DNA of 64,000 nt from a virus (Duplodnaviria > Caudoviricetes), in IMG/VR virus record IMGVR_UViG_3300029305_003514, positions 1 to 64,000 of that record. The stretch is one strand, 5' to 3'. Each line of letters starts with the position of its first letter. The stretch's first letter is position 1. The position numbers and the translations under genes were made by a program. Positions 10,792-21,719 of the stretch are shown here, in pieces. Below the pieces are notes generated by a model. That model saw nothing but the letters and a program-made list of their open reading frames with translations, was not told where the DNA came from and made no database searches.

Positions 10792-13422
10792 TTGAGACTG
10801 CCAAAAAATCTTTTATCGGACTCTTATAGAGCACCGGCAGTATATTTATGTCAAACCAGTAAAGAACGTATAGGCGAATTGACTGTTAATAATTTCAAAG
10901 GCACATTCAAGTGGAACGCCTATAGCGAAATTTCATTTGATATTGACAGAAATTATTGTGACATTAATATGGGTGATATTAATATTAATCCATATTATGA
11001 TTTAGTTGAGGCTTTACGTCTTGTTGAAGTTGAGGGATTTGGATTTTTTCAACTACAAGATCCAGAGGTTGATAGTGATGGTATCAAAGAAACAAAATCT
11101 ATTAAGGCCAACTCTTCTGAGTATGATTTGTCACAAAGATATCTTGAAAATTTCATTATAAATAAAGGTATATCTGGTAGTATTGACGGTGTTCAATTAT
11201 ATGACCAAAATGATGCGACACATTCATTATTACATTTGGTTATTGCGGAAAAGGCTCCAGATTGGAAAATTGGACATGTCGATGCTGAGCTTGCTACTCA
11301 ACGTAGATTTTTTGAAATTGATAGAAGTACCGTATACGACTTCTTAATGAATGATTTATGCGAAACATTTAAGTGTGTAATAGAGTTTGATACATATGAT
11401 AATACAATTAATGTCTATGCAGAAGAAACTGCAGGCATGGATACTGACGTATCAATTACTTTTGAAAATTTATCAAATAAAATTAATATAAAATATTCTG
11501 CAGATGATATTAAAACTGTATTAACTGTTAAGGGCGCAGATGATTTAAATATTCGTGAAGTTAATTATGGTTTGCCGTATATTACTGATTTATCATATTA
11601 TCATACTATTGACTGGATGGGTCAGGATTTATATGATGCATATGCAAATTATTTACAAATAGTTGAGGATAATAAAGAGGTATATTTAAAATCTAAAAAT
11701 GATGCTCGTGTATATAGTAAGGAAATTTCAGATTTTAAAAATAGAGTTGATGAAAATTTAACTGATGCTAAAATTAATGATTTTTATGATTTTATTTTAG
11801 CGCTATATAAAACCAATACAGTTGATGCAGAAAAAATGAGCGTACTTGATGCAAATTTCGCATATATTAATCGTTATTCATGGTCAGAATTTAAGTCAGC
11901 AATGGAGGATGTCTCATATACGGTTGATCAAAAAGAAATAGCAATTTTAAAAATACTTTCAATTATTTGGGATGCGTATGGATTAAATACATTAAAAATA
12001 TATGAGTCTTCTTATAAAGAAAGACAAGCTGCAGAAGTTGCTCAAGGAATGTCCAATCTTACAAATGAAAATTATTATCAATATCATGCTACATTCACCA
12101 TGTTGAATTCCGTGCAAAATGATATTGCTGAAAGAAATACATCAATTAATACAGTGCAAAAAAATTTAGATAATGTTAATGCACAAATTTCTAAAATTGC
12201 AGAAAATGTATCTTTGCAAAATAATTTAACTCAAGAACAGATAATACGTCTTGCCCCTTTTTTACGTGAAGATGAGTATTCTGATGATAATTTCATAGTG
12301 ACAGAAACTGAAACCGATGATCAAAAATTAGAAACACAGGAAGAATTATTAAAAGCGGGCTATACTGAGTTGCGCAAAATTAGCGAACCTAAATTATCAT
12401 TTACTACTGAGGTTTTAAATGTATTTGCACTTGATGAATTTGCGCCAATTGTAAATCAATTCCAGCTTGGCAATATGATAAAAATTGAATTGCGCCCCGA
12501 TTATGTTAAAAAATCTCGTTTGTTAGAGGTCGAAATTTCTTTTGATAATCTAAAAGATTTTAGTGTAAAATTTGGAGACTTATTATCTGTGCGCGATGAA
12601 GCTGATATTCATGCGGATTTATTATCGCAAGCAATTAACGCTGGTAAAAGCGTAGCAAATAATTCTTCTAAGTGGCAAAAAGGATCAGATGCAGCCAATT
12701 CCATTCAGCAAGCAATCAATCAAGGTTTGCTAGATGCTACAACTGAAATTAAAGCTATGGATGGCACCCAAGCTATCAGCATAGATAAATATGGTATACA
12801 TCTTCGCAAAGAAGAAAATGGAGTAATAGATCCTGAACAAGGCTGGATTGTATCAAATAAATTTTTATACACGGATGATGCTTGGAAAACCACAAAATCA
12901 GTATTTGGTAAATTTACATATAAAGACCAAGAAAGATGGGGTATCTTAGCAGATGCTCTTGTTGGTGGATATGTTGCGGGTTCGCAAATTGAAGGTGGCG
13001 AGATTCGAATTGGGCAAATTCCAGGAACAGACGATTATACATTTGTTGTTACATCTGACGGCAAAGTTCAAATTAATGCATGGGGCGGAGAAATTGCAGA
13101 TAGAGTAGATAAAATTGAAGATAGTATTAACACCTATACTATATCAATAGAATCAAGTAATCTACCAGTATTTGATGAAAATATACGTAATACTCGATTG
13201 ATATGTAGTATTATTCAAAATGGGCAAAAAATTGAAGCACCAATTGGAACAACATATACATGGATTCGTTCTTCTAGCGATGAATTGTCTGATGAATTAT
13301 GGAATAAAGATTCGTCTCATAAAAATCTACTTAATAATGATCTTGTAATAGAATCTAGTGATGTAGAAAATAGTGCTCGTTTTATATGTGAAGTATATAT
13401 ACCAGAAGATGATATATCATAA
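10792..13422 (+). CDS. Tail-associated (Tal-like) baseplate hub / minor structural protein
   Basis: Follows Dit. Prophage tail-protein-like N-terminus, central coiled coil and IDKYGIHL motif. Confidence 0.7.
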   Translation: MRLPKNLLSDSYRAPAVYLCQTSKERIGELTVNNFKGTFKWNAYSEISFDIDRNYCDINMGDININPYYDLVEALRLVEVEGFGFFQLQDPEVDSDGIKETKSIKANSSEYDLSQRYLENFIINKGISGSIDGVQLYDQNDATHSLLHLVIAEKAPDWKIGHVDAELATQRRFFEIDRSTVYDFLMNDLCETFKCVIEFDTYDNTINVYAEETAGMDTDVSITFENLSNKINIKYSADDIKTVLTVKGADDLNIREVNYGLPYITDLSYYHTIDWMGQDLYDAYANYLQIVEDNKEVYLKSKNDARVYSKEISDFKNRVDENLTDAKINDFYDFILALYKTNTVDAEKMSVLDANFAYINRYSWSEFKSAMEDVSYTVDQKEIAILKILSIIWDAYGLNTLKIYESSYKERQAAEVAQGMSNLTNENYYQYHATFTMLNSVQNDIAERNTSINTVQKNLDNVNAQISKIAENVSLQNNLTQEQIIRLAPFLREDEYSDDNFIVTETETDDQKLETQEELLKAGYTELRKISEPKLSFTTEVLNVFALDEFAPIVNQFQLGNMIKIELRPDYVKKSRLLEVEISFDNLKDFSVKFGDLLSVRDEADIHADLLSQAINAGKSVANNSSKWQKGSDAANSIQQAINQGLLDATTEIKAMDGTQAISIDKYGIHLRKEENGVIDPEQGWIVSNKFLYTDDAWKTTKSVFGKFTYKDQERWGILADALVGGYVAGSQIEGGEIRIGQIPGTDDYTFVVTSDGKVQINAWGGEIADRVDKIEDSINTYTISIESSNLPVFDENIRNTRLICSIIQNGQKIEAPIGTTYTWIRSSSDELSDELWNKDSSHKNLLNNDLVIESSDVENSARFICEVYIPEDDIS

Positions 13423-13434
13423 GGAGGTGTTAAA

Positions 13435-16400
13435 ATGGCAAAATACACATCTAATTCAATTACTATTATAGATAATTTAGATAATATTAATTTAGAATTA
13501 ATTATATCTAGTAATTTACCTAATACTCAGGTTCTTAGCAAAGGAGTTTATTCTCCATCATGGGAAGACACGCCGTTAGTTTTAACACCTTCCGTTTATG
13601 TTAGGAATAAACAAGTTTCAAATCCAGATATTGTATGGCAAAGACGATCTGGAGGATTAGAATATACTTCTAATTTTATTTCTGGAGAATCTATTGTTAA
13701 TGGAATATTAACTATTAATAAAAATATTTTAAATGCCAATGAAAATAGTATAGTTACATATAAATGTACTGTTACATATGGAGGAGCTTCACGTTCTGAA
13801 GAAGTAACTTTTGCCATAAATATTATAGGTTCTGATGGTAAAGATGGTTCTAGTGTTTCTGTTAAAGGCTCTGCTTACACTTCAGAGGCTTCTTATGTAG
13901 TAGGTAATAATTATTATCTTTATTCTGATTCTGGATTAACTACGCAAATAAAAGGCGCTCAACTTGGTGATTCATATCTTGTTGGCGGTCATTTATTTGT
14001 ATATAGCGGAGATACGAATTTTAAATTTCAATGTGTTGGCAATATTAAAGGTGTAGGAATTACATCTATTACTGGCCCCGTATCAAGTGGATTAGAGGAT
14101 GAATATACAATTCATTATTCGGACGGAACTACTTCGACATATACGGTTGTTAATGGTGCAAGCGTTAAAGGTTTAGATTTATATGCATCCACATATACTG
14201 TGCCTTATGATAGTCAGGGTAATTTAAAAAATAATTCAGATATTATTTTAACGGCGCATCAGCAAAATTCTACTTCGCCCATAACATGGACAACCACAGA
14301 TAATGTCACTCTTAGCGGAAGCGGCAATATTAGAACTCTTTCTGCGAGTGCTTTTAATGATAGAGATTCTATACAAATTTCAATTAGTGCAGACGGATTA
14401 AGCGATGTGGTCACTATAGTAAAAATACAAGACGGTTTGACTGGTTCTAAAGGAGAATCGTCTTTTATAACATATAATGATAGCGCATCTACTCCTAGCA
14501 CTCCTACTGGCTCAGGCAATACAAATGGATGGCACACCAATATGACTAGTGCTTCTGTTTGGATGAGTCAAAAGGTTGCGGCGAATATTGCTTCTGGTAC
14601 ATGGGGAGCACCAGTTAAAATTAAAGGTAGTGACGGAAAAGGTGTTGCGAGTACTGCTGTTACCTATCAAGTATCAAGCTCTAGCTCCGCAGCTCCTACA
14701 GGAACATGGAATACAACACTGCCTGCTGTGGGTGACAATCAATACCTTTGGACAAGAACAATAATGACTTTTACTGATGGTACTACATCTACTGGATATA
14801 GTGTAGGTGGTGCTGGAGCAAACGGCATAGATGGACGCGGCATTGAAACTACTACCGTTACCTATCAAGCTGGAACAAGTGGAACTATTCAACCTACAGG
14901 AGTATGGTCTTCTACTATACCATCCGTTGCCGCAAATCAATATCTTTGGACAAGGACTGTTTTAACATATACCGATAATACTGAGAGCACATCATATAGC
15001 GTTGGTAGAATAGGCGCTAGCGGCGTAGATGGATATACTGTATTATTAACCAATGATAGTCATACATTTGCTGGTTCTACTAGCGCTGCCATTGCAGGAA
15101 ATACAACTTGTAATGTTATAGCATATAAAGGTGCGACACAGATTGCTTCTACAATTGGAACTATTGCTAATATTCCTACAGGAATGAGTGTATCTATATC
15201 TAATAATGGAACATCAAATGCTTCATTTACAGTTACCGTCACTACAAGTATGGTTACTAGAAGTGGAGTGCTTACAGTGCCTGTAACAGTAGATGGTAAA
15301 ACTTTTAATAAAAACTTCTCATACTCCATTGCATTAAAGGGTGACGCTGGTACATCAAGTGTATTATTTCAAATATACTCTGATACTGGATTTGTATTTC
15401 ATAATGAGGAAAGTATTACTTTAAAATTACAAAAATTATATGGAGCAACCAATATTGCTCTAAGTGGCACTACTAAAGTCCAATGGAGTAAATTGGTTGG
15501 TGGAAGTTGGATTAATACATGGAAATATGATAGCGGTGATACTACTAATGTAGCTACTACTGAAGAAACATTAGTTGTTAAACATAATGAAGTCGATGGA
15601 ACTCAATTATATCGTTGCGTTTTAACATATGGTGGAAAAACATATAGTGATATTGTTACTATTACAAATAAGATAGATGTTTATCAGTCTGAAATTATTT
15701 CATTAGGTGGAAACGTCCTCAATGGTGGAGAAAAAGGAATTATAGCTTATGCTTCAATATTTTATGAGACAGATGAAGTAGATGCAATGCTATGTCCAAT
15801 TTATTTAGAAGGCTCCACTCCTATTGATAATCAAATATATTATGTTCTTGAAGGTAATAATATTGTAACTAAAAAATATTCAAGTGGTGCATGGGCAAAT
15901 GACACCACCATTAAACAAGAATATATGTATTCTTGGTTTATTTTAGACAAATATACTGGTCAACAACAATCTATTGGTAGCGGTAAAGTAATATATATTA
16001 CTAATGAAGCTATATCTAAATCTGGAATTGTGCAGTGTAAAATTGGAGATATCTCTGTATGTACAGAAACATTCACGGATGGCAACGATCCAATTATTAG
16101 TGCCGAGCAACCAGATGTTACAACCGTAGGTCAATTATGGCTAAATACTGAGGATGGTATTTTATATGCTTATAGGGCCGCTAATAATGCTTGGGAACCT
16201 GTTAATTCTGGTCAAAATAGAACATATACTTCTGCGCCAATAATTAGAGCGGATTGTTGTTATTATAAAAAAGGCGACCTTTGGATTGTTGGAGAGTCAG
16301 ATTCTTCATATACAGATGCAAAGGTTGGCACACTTCTTATTGCAACAAATAGTCTTTCCGATGGAGCAGATGGCTGGTCTGCAGCAACATGGAAGAATAG

Positions 16401-17112
16401 ATTGGCTATAGACTGGGAAAATAAACTATATTATGATGAAGCACTTAATAATATTAGTGATTATCAACAAAGATTAAGTGCATATATGAATTTTGATGTA
16501 GATGGGTTAAAGATTGGCGCTACAAATACTGATTTTTATACTAAAGTTACACCTTATGATTTAGGGTTTTATCAGGGAGTAGAAAAAGTTGCATATATTA
16601 GTAATAATAAAATGTATAATACTTCTCTTGAAGTTTCAAACGGTGTTCAAGTTATAAATCATAAAAGCAATGATCAACCAAATCCACAAAAACCATATTT
16701 TATGTTAGGCAATTACAAATTTATTATTGAGGAAAATAATAGTATGTCTATTGCTTATTCGTTATTGACTGCGCCGCAGCCCAATGTTGTTAAGTATACT
16801 GTAGCATCTACTTCCTTAGATATTCATTTTGGCCCATGGTCAACTAGTGACTCTTATGGATATAGGTCTAATTTTGATGCCACTACATTGGCAACGATTA
16901 AATTATTTACAGTAGAAGGTATAGAAATATCAACAACAAAAACATATGCTAATCCATATATAAGGATTACTTCATCTTCCGCATTACCATCTACTTTTAT
17001 AGTTCAAATACCCGCACATTCAGTATATAATCAAGGGGTTTCTGGAAACACTCTTGGATATGATATTACAGATGTGGGTAATGATACAATTGCATTAACA
17101 ATAAATAAATAA
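13435..17112 (+). CDS. Tail fibre / host-specificity minor structural protein
   Basis: Thr/Ser/Gly-rich with short collagen-like GxxGxDG segments and two copies of VTYQxxxSxxxxPTGxWxxTxPxVxxNQYLWTRT. Confidence 0.75.
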   Translation: MAKYTSNSITIIDNLDNINLELIISSNLPNTQVLSKGVYSPSWEDTPLVLTPSVYVRNKQVSNPDIVWQRRSGGLEYTSNFISGESIVNGILTINKNILNANENSIVTYKCTVTYGGASRSEEVTFAINIIGSDGKDGSSVSVKGSAYTSEASYVVGNNYYLYSDSGLTTQIKGAQLGDSYLVGGHLFVYSGDTNFKFQCVGNIKGVGITSITGPVSSGLEDEYTIHYSDGTTSTYTVVNGASVKGLDLYASTYTVPYDSQGNLKNNSDIILTAHQQNSTSPITWTTTDNVTLSGSGNIRTLSASAFNDRDSIQISISADGLSDVVTIVKIQDGLTGSKGESSFITYNDSASTPSTPTGSGNTNGWHTNMTSASVWMSQKVAANIASGTWGAPVKIKGSDGKGVASTAVTYQVSSSSSAAPTGTWNTTLPAVGDNQYLWTRTIMTFTDGTTSTGYSVGGAGANGIDGRGIETTTVTYQAGTSGTIQPTGVWSSTIPSVAANQYLWTRTVLTYTDNTESTSYSVGRIGASGVDGYTVLLTNDSHTFAGSTSAAIAGNTTCNVIAYKGATQIASTIGTIANIPTGMSVSISNNGTSNASFTVTVTTSMVTRSGVLTVPVTVDGKTFNKNFSYSIALKGDAGTSSVLFQIYSDTGFVFHNEESITLKLQKLYGATNIALSGTTKVQWSKLVGGSWINTWKYDSGDTTNVATTEETLVVKHNEVDGTQLYRCVLTYGGKTYSDIVTITNKIDVYQSEIISLGGNVLNGGEKGIIAYASIFYETDEVDAMLCPIYLEGSTPIDNQIYYVLEGNNIVTKKYSSGAWANDTTIKQEYMYSWFILDKYTGQQQSIGSGKVIYITNEAISKSGIVQCKIGDISVCTETFTDGNDPIISAEQPDVTTVGQLWLNTEDGILYAYRAANNAWEPVNSGQNRTYTSAPIIRADCCYYKKGDLWIVGESDSSYTDAKVGTLLIATNSLSDGADGWSAATWKNRLAIDWENKLYYDEALNNISDYQQRLSAYMNFDVDGLKIGATNTDFYTKVTPYDLGFYQGVEKVAYISNNKMYNTSLEVSNGVQVINHKSNDQPNPQKPYFMLGNYKFIIEENNSMSIAYSLLTAPQPNVVKYTVASTSLDIHFGPWSTSDSYGYRSNFDATTLATIKLFTVEGIEISTTKTYANPYIRITSSSALPSTFIVQIPAHSVYNQGVSGNTLGYDITDVGNDTIALTINK

Positions 17113-17125
17113 GGAGGTGCTATAA

Positions 17126-19282
17126 ATGGCAACAAGTGGATCTTTTACTACTACGTCCTATGAAGGCCGTAGTTTAACATTTTCTTGGAGTAGAACAAGT
17201 ACAAATATAGCAAACAATACTTCTACAATAGCATGGTCTGTTACTGGTAGTGGTTCTTATACTGCTGGTTGGGTTACATGTGGTGATATTGACGTAGTCA
17301 TTAATGGCACCACTGTCTATAATAGTTCTTCGGATAATCGTGTTAATGTATGGAGCGGAACAACTGTTGCAAGTGGAACCACTACTATTACACATAATGC
17401 CGATGGTAGTAAATCATTTTCTGTCAGTGTGAATGCGGCGATTTATACTTATGCACAAAACTGTAGTGGCAGTGGGACTTTTGCATTAGATGCTATTCCT
17501 AGAGCATCTAATATTGATAAGATTACAAATGCAAGTGGTACTGCGATAGCCACTATAGATACCAACAATGCCATTAGAGTATATTTTACACCTAAATCAA
17601 CTACATTTAAGTATAGAGTAACGGTTACCATGAATGGGCAAACTTATCAAAACAATTCTGCGGGCGTTAGTGTAACTAGTACGGCTCAAACTTATTATCA
17701 AACTTCCGCAATTCCTCATACATGGATTCCAAATGCAACTTCTGGAACACTTACCTGTAAACTTGAAACATTAAATGGAACAACTGTAATCGGCACAAAT
17801 ACAAAAACCATTTCTATGACTGTGCCCGCCTCTGTTGTGCCTACACTTGGTACTCTTTCATCTACCCCATATAATACAAACTCAATAATTAATGGTTGGG
17901 GTATCTATGTTGCAAATTATACTAAAGCAAGACTAACCTGTACTGCATCTGGAAATGGTGGATCAACTATTAAAAGTTTTCAAATTAGTGGAGCAGCTAC
18001 AACTACAATCAATGGAACTTCATTAAGTTATGATGCAGCATTATCTTCTGGCGGAAATAAAACTTTTAATGTTATAGCTATTGATAGTAGAGGAAGATCT
18101 AGTGCAAGCAAATCTGTGACTATTAATGTAGGAACATATTTTACTCCATCTATATCATCCTTTGGTGTTATTAGAACAGATACAAACGGAAATGCTAGTG
18201 AAAATGGTACTGCGGCAAAATTATCATTTGCTGGCAGTTATTCAAATATTGGCGGTAATGCGTCTACTGCAAAATTTTCATATAAATTATCTACTGCAAC
18301 AACATATACTACAATTAGTACTACTGTTGCTGGTATAAATGGTGGCATTAATGGCGGTATTATTGTAAGTAATGTATCTTTTAGTACTGCCAGTGAATAT
18401 GATTTTCAGATTCAAATATCTGATTCATTAGGTAATTCCGTATCTAGAACTGTTCGACTTGGTACGGTTACTAGGACTATGAACGTAGCCAAGTATGGCA
18501 ACGGTGTTGCAATAGGTAAAATGTCAACAATAGCAAATAAAACAGATGCAGGCAAACTTGAGGTTGGTTGGGATGCTGATTTTGATAAGAATGTTAATAT
18601 TGACGGTAATATTGCAGTTTGGGGAACATCTGTAGTTAATGGCAATACTACATTAGGCGGCGCATTAACAACCACAGGTGCAATTAATTCTAAAAATAAT
18701 ATTAACATGGGTGGCTTAAATGGACAAACTGGCGAGTTATCTATTAGATTTTCAAATCCAACCACCTCCACATATCCTCATAATACATATTTTTATGGCG
18801 GTAATCCAAGTAATGTAAATGCGATTGGTTGTTATGATGGTAAAAATAATCGAGCAGTTTGGAGTTACAACGACACAAATAATTCTCTTTCGTTTGGCAA
18901 TAGTAATGCTGCTATATATTTTAATGGTAGTAAAATGGCCGATTTTGTTGTAGAACAAGGAGCTTCTGGAGTTTGGAGATATCGTAAATGGAATAGCGGA
19001 TTTGCTGAATGTTGGGGATATCATACTGTAAGCGGATTAAACATCAGTACAGCTTGGGGAAGTTGGTATTCTTCTCCAGCAATTGTATTGCCATCATTCC
19101 CATTCACCTTTTCTGGCACTCTCGATATTCACGTTAGTTGGGAAAGTGATTTTTCTGCAATTATAGACGGAGTTGGCAAAAGAGAATCGACAAAAGCAGG
19201 ACAAGTATATTTATATAGACCTGTTGCACAAACAAATGTAAATGGTAGATTTTCAATATATGCATATGGTAAATGGAAGTAA
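17126..19282 (+). CDS. Siphovirus minor structural / receptor-binding protein (DUF859-like N-terminus)
   Basis: NIANNTSTI...ALDAIPRAS N-terminus and a C-terminal ADFVVEQG..WRYRKWNSGFAECWG domain typical of Firmicutes phage tail tips. Confidence 0.75.
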   Translation: MATSGSFTTTSYEGRSLTFSWSRTSTNIANNTSTIAWSVTGSGSYTAGWVTCGDIDVVINGTTVYNSSSDNRVNVWSGTTVASGTTTITHNADGSKSFSVSVNAAIYTYAQNCSGSGTFALDAIPRASNIDKITNASGTAIATIDTNNAIRVYFTPKSTTFKYRVTVTMNGQTYQNNSAGVSVTSTAQTYYQTSAIPHTWIPNATSGTLTCKLETLNGTTVIGTNTKTISMTVPASVVPTLGTLSSTPYNTNSIINGWGIYVANYTKARLTCTASGNGGSTIKSFQISGAATTTINGTSLSYDAALSSGGNKTFNVIAIDSRGRSSASKSVTINVGTYFTPSISSFGVIRTDTNGNASENGTAAKLSFAGSYSNIGGNASTAKFSYKLSTATTYTTISTTVAGINGGINGGIIVSNVSFSTASEYDFQIQISDSLGNSVSRTVRLGTVTRTMNVAKYGNGVAIGKMSTIANKTDAGKLEVGWDADFDKNVNIDGNIAVWGTSVVNGNTTLGGALTTTGAINSKNNINMGGLNGQTGELSIRFSNPTTSTYPHNTYFYGGNPSNVNAIGCYDGKNNRAVWSYNDTNNSLSFGNSNAAIYFNGSKMADFVVEQGASGVWRYRKWNSGFAECWGYHTVSGLNISTAWGSWYSSPAIVLPSFPFTFSGTLDIHVSWESDFSAIIDGVGKRESTKAGQVYLYRPVAQTNVNGRFSIYAYGKWK

Positions 19283-19337
19283 GCGAACCTCCTAGAGAGG
19301 ATAAAAGATAAATATTTTATAATGGGAGGTGAACTTA

Positions 19338-19955
19338 ATGGGCGATATAATTAAAGCAATAGAATTTTGTAAAATGCCTGGTTATATAGCCGCTATTTTA
19401 ATTATTGGATTTTTAATCCTTCAATTAATTGGAGAAGTTGCAGAATCAATGGGTAAAGTTGTTCCTGAATTTGTTAAAATACGAAAATTTTTTAAAAGAA
19501 AAAAAGATGAAAAAACACAATATCAGGAACTTCTTATTAATGTAAAAAAATCTTTAGATGAAATTAATGCTCATTATAGTACAGATAATATTACTAAAAG
19601 AAATGAATGGATGAATTGGGTAAATAGCCGCGCAGAGGTATATGATGAAGCATTAAATGACTTAAGAGAATTAAAAGATTCTTTGAAGTCTAATAATGAA
19701 TTAACGCTTGGTTTATATATCAATGTAAATAGAAATAGAATCATTGATTTTGCAAGCAAGGTGATTAATGAAGATGTAGCTGTTTCGAGAGAAGAATTTA
19801 ATAGAATATTCAAGGTTCATGATGAATATGAAGATATTCTTAATCAGCATAATAAAACAAATGGCGAAGTTGATGTAGCCTATCGTATTATAACAGAAGC
19901 TTATGAGACACATATGAAAAATCATTCATTTATTGAAGATCGAATGGGTTATTAA
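19338..19955 (+). CDS. Holin-like membrane protein
   Basis: One N-terminal TM helix followed by a coiled coil, last gene of the tail operon, SD ggaggtg. Confidence 0.5.
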   Translation: MGDIIKAIEFCKMPGYIAAILIIGFLILQLIGEVAESMGKVVPEFVKIRKFFKRKKDEKTQYQELLINVKKSLDEINAHYSTDNITKRNEWMNWVNSRAEVYDEALNDLRELKDSLKSNNELTLGLYINVNRNRIIDFASKVINEDVAVSREEFNRIFKVHDEYEDILNQHNKTNGEVDVAYRIITEAYETHMKNHSFIEDRMGY

Positions 19956-19994
19956 AAAAATAAGGGGACAGCTTATGCTGTCCCCTTATTTTTT
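19954..19994. terminator. Bidirectional intrinsic terminator
   Basis: aaaaaaataaggggacagc-ttat-gctgtccccttatttttt between convergent genes. Confidence 0.85.
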
Positions 19995-20153
19995 ACGTTT
20001 TAAATTATTTTTTTCTTTCAAATATTCCTCCACTATATATTTTAATAAATTATTGACAGATCTATTCTGTTTGACCGCTTCTATTTCTATACGTAATTTT
20101 AATTCTTGTGGAATTCTAAATGTTATTGTTTGTGTGCCTTCTTTCATGACCAT
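19986..20153 (-). CDS. Arc-like ribbon-helix-helix DNA-binding protein (55 aa, not in ORF track)
   Basis: MVMKEGTQTITFRIPQELKLRIEIEAVKQNRSVNNLLKYIVEEYLKEKNNLKRKK has the Arc-family FRIPxELK...RSxN pattern. SD GAGGTG. Confidence 0.8.
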   Translation of the reverse strand: MVMKEGTQTITFRIPQELKLRIEIEAVKQNRSVNNLLKYIVEEYLKEKNNLKRKK

Positions 20154-20189
20154 TAGTATCACCTCAGAAATATTATAATAATTTAAAAA

Positions 20190-20300
20190 AGTGATGTCAA
20201 GGTGCTTGACAATAGTGCTTCCATAGTGCTATCATAAATTCATGGTGGTGATTGCACCTAAATGAATATAAACGGAAGGGAAGTGCTAACAATGAGCATC
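20190..20300 (+). promoter_or_regulatory. SigA-type promoter with GTGCT direct repeats upstream of the tubR/tubZ-like operon
   Basis: TTGACA at 20206-20211 and TG-c-TATCAT ending 20235. Repeats ggtgct 20201, atagtgct 20212, atagtgct 20223, aagtgct 20281. Confidence 0.6.
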
Positions 20301-20543
20301 AATCGAACTCATTTGATTTTAATTACAATATTATCCAAATACAAAGCTACATCAGCAGGTACTGCTATTACAACGGAGGAAATTAAGAACTATTGCGCAA
20401 TAGGTAAAAGCGACACAACTCTAAATAGAGCATTTCGTTTTCTTAAAACAGAAGGCTATATTGAACAAGGTGTTAAGGATGGAAAATTTTTCACGTATTA
20501 TGTCACAGAAAATGGTTTAAATTTATTAAAGGAGATGATATAA
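20292..20543 (+). CDS. Winged-helix DNA-binding protein (TubR-like)
   Basis: wHTH pattern (TTLNRAFRFLKTEGYIEQG...YYVTENG) directly upstream of the tubulin gene. Start placed at the ATG after ggaagggaag. Confidence 0.65.
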   Translation: MSINRTHLILITILSKYKATSAGTAITTEEIKNYCAIGKSDTTLNRAFRFLKTEGYIEQGVKDGKFFTYYVTENGLNLLKEMI

Positions 20544-21557
20544 ATGAAAGAACAATTTGGTGTAATAGGATTAGGGCAAGCTGGCGGCAATATCGCTAAT
20601 TTATTTGAAAACAAAGGATATAATACTGTATATGTAAATACAAGTTTAGAAGATTTAAATACTATTAAGGGCGTGCATAAATTGCATATAACTGGTGCTG
20701 ATGGTGCCGCAAAGGATCGTAAAAAGGTATTACAACTTGCTATGGAGTCATTTGGAGACATAGTGCAAAAAATAGAAAATATAATTACTCAAGAACACAT
20801 TATTGTTGTTTATAGTTCTTCTGGTGGTACAGGTAGTGGATTATCTACTCCAATACTCAAATATCTTGCTCAGATTGGCAAAACATGTATTCCAGTAGTA
20901 ATATTGCCCGATGATGCAGTTGAGTCTGCAAAGGCCTGTGAGAACGCATATAACGCATGTATAGAATTAATGTCAATTCAAGGACTTGGTGCTACTTTTT
21001 TACTTGATAATTCAAGAGGAGACAAATTTGCTATTAATAATAGATTTATTTGTGAACTTGATTCTTTTATCAATATTAAAAGTTCAAGTATGTATGGTAA
21101 TATGGATAAATCAGAACGTAGATTAATGTTATCATGTCCTGGTGTCGCTGTTATTAGTAAACTAAGTAAAGCACGTAGTATCGCTCCAGAAATTATCGAA
21201 TCGTTATATAATGGTATTTATGCAGAAATAGAAAGTAAAACAGCTTATTATTTAGGAGTAAGCACATCAAACAAATCATTTGATATTAACCACGTAGTAT
21301 CTGCAATAGGCGGTGTTTATGATACATTTTCTGGCCTATCAGAATCAACCACAATATCTATAGTAACTGGACTTCAATGGCCTCAAAAAAGAATTTTAAA
21401 ATTTAAGAATAAATTTGAGGAAACTGTCAAGAATATAAATGGCGGTAACTTCATGAATATTTCACCATTGGAGCCACTAAAGGGGTTATCATTTACAAGA
21501 GAGCAAGTTGTACCTACTAACCCAAGGGACTTGCTGATGGGGTTATTAAATGGGTAA
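20544..21557 (+). CDS. tubZ: Tubulin/FtsZ-family GTPase (TubZ/RepX-like)
   Basis: IGLGQAGGNIA, GADGAAKDR and the tubulin signature SGGTGSG. Confidence 0.85.
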   Translation: MKEQFGVIGLGQAGGNIANLFENKGYNTVYVNTSLEDLNTIKGVHKLHITGADGAAKDRKKVLQLAMESFGDIVQKIENIITQEHIIVVYSSSGGTGSGLSTPILKYLAQIGKTCIPVVILPDDAVESAKACENAYNACIELMSIQGLGATFLLDNSRGDKFAINNRFICELDSFINIKSSSMYGNMDKSERRLMLSCPGVAVISKLSKARSIAPEIIESLYNGIYAEIESKTAYYLGVSTSNKSFDINHVVSAIGGVYDTFSGLSESTTISIVTGLQWPQKRILKFKNKFEETVKNINGGNFMNISPLEPLKGLSFTREQVVPTNPRDLLMGLLNG

Positions 21558-21559
21558 TA

Positions 21560-21594
21560 GAAAGGGCCACCTTAATTGGTAGCCCTTCTTTTTT
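21560..21594 (+). terminator. Intrinsic terminator
   Basis: aagggccacc-ttaatt-ggtagccctt followed by a T tract. Confidence 0.65.
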
Positions 21595-21719
21595 GACTAT
21601 AATCACTCGCAATAATTATAGTATGCGTAAACATAAAAATACATAGATATTTTTTATGTTTATATAATATCACATCTTCTTTTATTATTCAATAAAAATA
21701 TAAGAGCAGTTATCTGCTC

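Noticed and set aside
13435-19282. Diversity-generating retroelement targeting the tail fibres
   Set aside because: No RT gene and no adenine-specific TR/VR pair were seen. The internal repeats are ordinary protein-domain duplications.
297-19925. Numerous short minus-strand and alternative-frame ORFs within tail genes (and + strand ORFs within the early genes)
   Set aside because: They are fully overlapped by long, well-supported genes and have no recognisable motifs.
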